A DNA stretch of 61,780 nucleotides, counting the filler, from Basidiobolus meristosporus CBS 931.73 (taxonomy: Eukaryota; Fungi; Basidiobolomycota), in NCBI GenBank assembly GCA_002104905.1. It is 4 parts of 4 records of this genome, joined end to end, with 100 filler letters (N's around TTAATTAATTAA, not from the genome) between each part and the next. Parts side by side here need not be neighbours in the genome. Positions count along the whole stretch, not along the records: positions 56,364 to 61,780 come from MCFE01001361.1; 3 more parts are not named here. One strand, 5' to 3'. The stretch's first letter is position 1. Every line of letters starts with the position of its first letter. Positions 60,407-61,780 of the stretch are shown here, one piece after another. The notes under the pieces are model-generated. The model had not been told where the DNA came from. It did not search any database and saw only the letters and a program-made list of their open reading frames with translations. A program made the translations under genes and the position numbers.

Positions 60407-61780
60407 ATGCCGCCAAAAAATAAAGTAAAGTTGTCTGGTTCTCAACCAAACCCCACTGCTGATGGCAACAGAAGAACGGTTGGACAACAGCTTGCTTTGA
60501 CATTCAGTGAAACAAGCGGGGCTACATCCAAAAAAGGCCCTGTGGACAGTGTGCTCATTGAAGGTAATAATGCAGACTCCTCAGGCTCTCAGTCAAGTAG
60601 GCAATTGAGAACCTCTGCAGAGCCACAAGCTGACCAATATGCTCAGGCAGATGAGAATGTAGCAAACACAGTACCCTTTGTTGAAGATCAGCAAGTGGCC
60701 ATGATAACATCACTACCACTCATATTAGCAAGTATGTTGTCAGCTCATACCAAAGCATTAATGAAGCAATTAGGTGCAGTGGCTGATAGGATAGATGCAA
60801 TGGCCCAGAGAAATCAGGAAGTAGTCCAGAAACAGGATGAGCGGATAATATGTGTAGAGCAATCAATATCCCAGGTAGAGAAAGCAGTATCTTTGCTGCA
60901 AAGAAGGAACTCAAGTAGCTCAAGGTCACAGCCAAGAATTGAGCCATTTCCTGATGTAACAGCAGAGGAACACCGTACAGTCTTTGAAGCACAACAACAG
61001 TGCCCAAAGATAAAGCCCACAGAAAAACCTATCACAGCATGGGAGGGAGACAATGTGGTGTTTATACCAAAGCCTAAAAATCAAAAGACATTGAAGATCT
61101 GTGAAGCTGTTGAGTGCAATAATGAAGAGTAGGCTAATATACAAGAGGCCATCAGACAGTCTAGCATGCACACCTTGAGGCTGGCATACCATGGGACCAT
61201 CAGGAACTCAAGGCCAAGCAGAATGCACTTGACTTGTTCCATGAGCATTATCCTGGATTCAAACAGGCAAATGGATTTTGTGCCAGCATTGGTATGCTAA
61301 GAAAGTATCTTAAGAATAGCAGAAACTATCAAAGGCAGAAGAACAAGGGTGCCATGGCTAAAAACCAGCTGCTTCCTCAAGAGCCAGTTACAAGCAGGGC
61401 CAAAAGCTCCAGACAAGCATCAAAGAGATGTCAGGCAGCTGGAAGAGTGCCAGTTAAGGACAAGCAGGCAGACATGGATGCACCAGCACAACATTTATCA
61501 AGGAAAAAGCATAGTACCACTCAAGGAAGCACCTCAGTCAAAGTAGCAGTGAAGACCTGGCAGTGATAAAACCAGCGCTTTTACAGGAGCCTGTCACAAC
61601 TACGGTTGAGAGCTCAAACAAGCTGGAAAAGAAACGTCAGGTTGCCAAAGATAGCACTGCAAGGGACAAGCAGGCCAAAACAGATGCTCAGAGCAGAATT
61701 GATCCAGGAGAATAGTATTCTTACAAGAAGCACTCAGACAAAGGTAGCAGTGAAAGACCTGGCAGTGATAAAGGAAAAGG
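60407..61780 (+). pseudogene. Divergent second ORF of the CACTA-like element (unknown function), decayed
   Basis: 241-aa ORF then broken frames; low-complexity and coiled-coil character; CpG-depleted; second copy inverted at ~42900-44606. Confidence 0.6.

Noticed and set aside
42900-61780. Large inverted repeat around the telomere tract as a chromosome fusion or palindrome
   Set aside because: The two arms are diverged copies of a dispersed transposon on different contigs; only one telomere orientation is present.
1-61780. Whole window as bacterial DNA
   Set aside because: TTAGGG telomere, LTR/LINE/CACTA elements, and a spliceosomal-type intron and fungal GH16 remnant on the same contig as the NRPS.

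Overview
Eukaryotic, very probably early-diverging fungal DNA (TTAGGG telomere, a short GT..AG intron, a bacterial-type NRPS; Basidiobolus or Mortierellaceae-like, but not provable from the sequence). It consists of four contigs joined by artificial 100-bp spacers (44N-TTAATTAATTAA-44N at 16457-16556, 41852-41951 and 56264-56363), so adjacency across spacers is not guaranteed. Contig 1 (1-16456): nested, CpG-eroded Ty3/Gypsy remnants and a young Copia-type LTR element. Contig 2 (16557-41851): solo LTRs, a lipocalin gene, ADH and GH16 pseudogene fragments, an unknown ORF, and an intronless NRPS of more than 15 kb with dual E/C domains (A-domain codes Ile-like, Thr, unassigned, Thr, Asn; terminal TE). 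Contig 3 (41952-56263) is the most striking part: a chromosome end built from an ~11-kb head-to-tail array of two families of APE-RT non-LTR retrotransposons plus a tRNA-derived SINE. All share a conserved 3' AATAAA/stem-loop/oligo-C terminus, all point the same way, and most are joined through short TTAGGG runs, ending in the terminal (TTAGGG)n tract. Contig 4 (56364-61780): a decayed CACTA/EnSpm-type transposon carrying a MITE-like insert.
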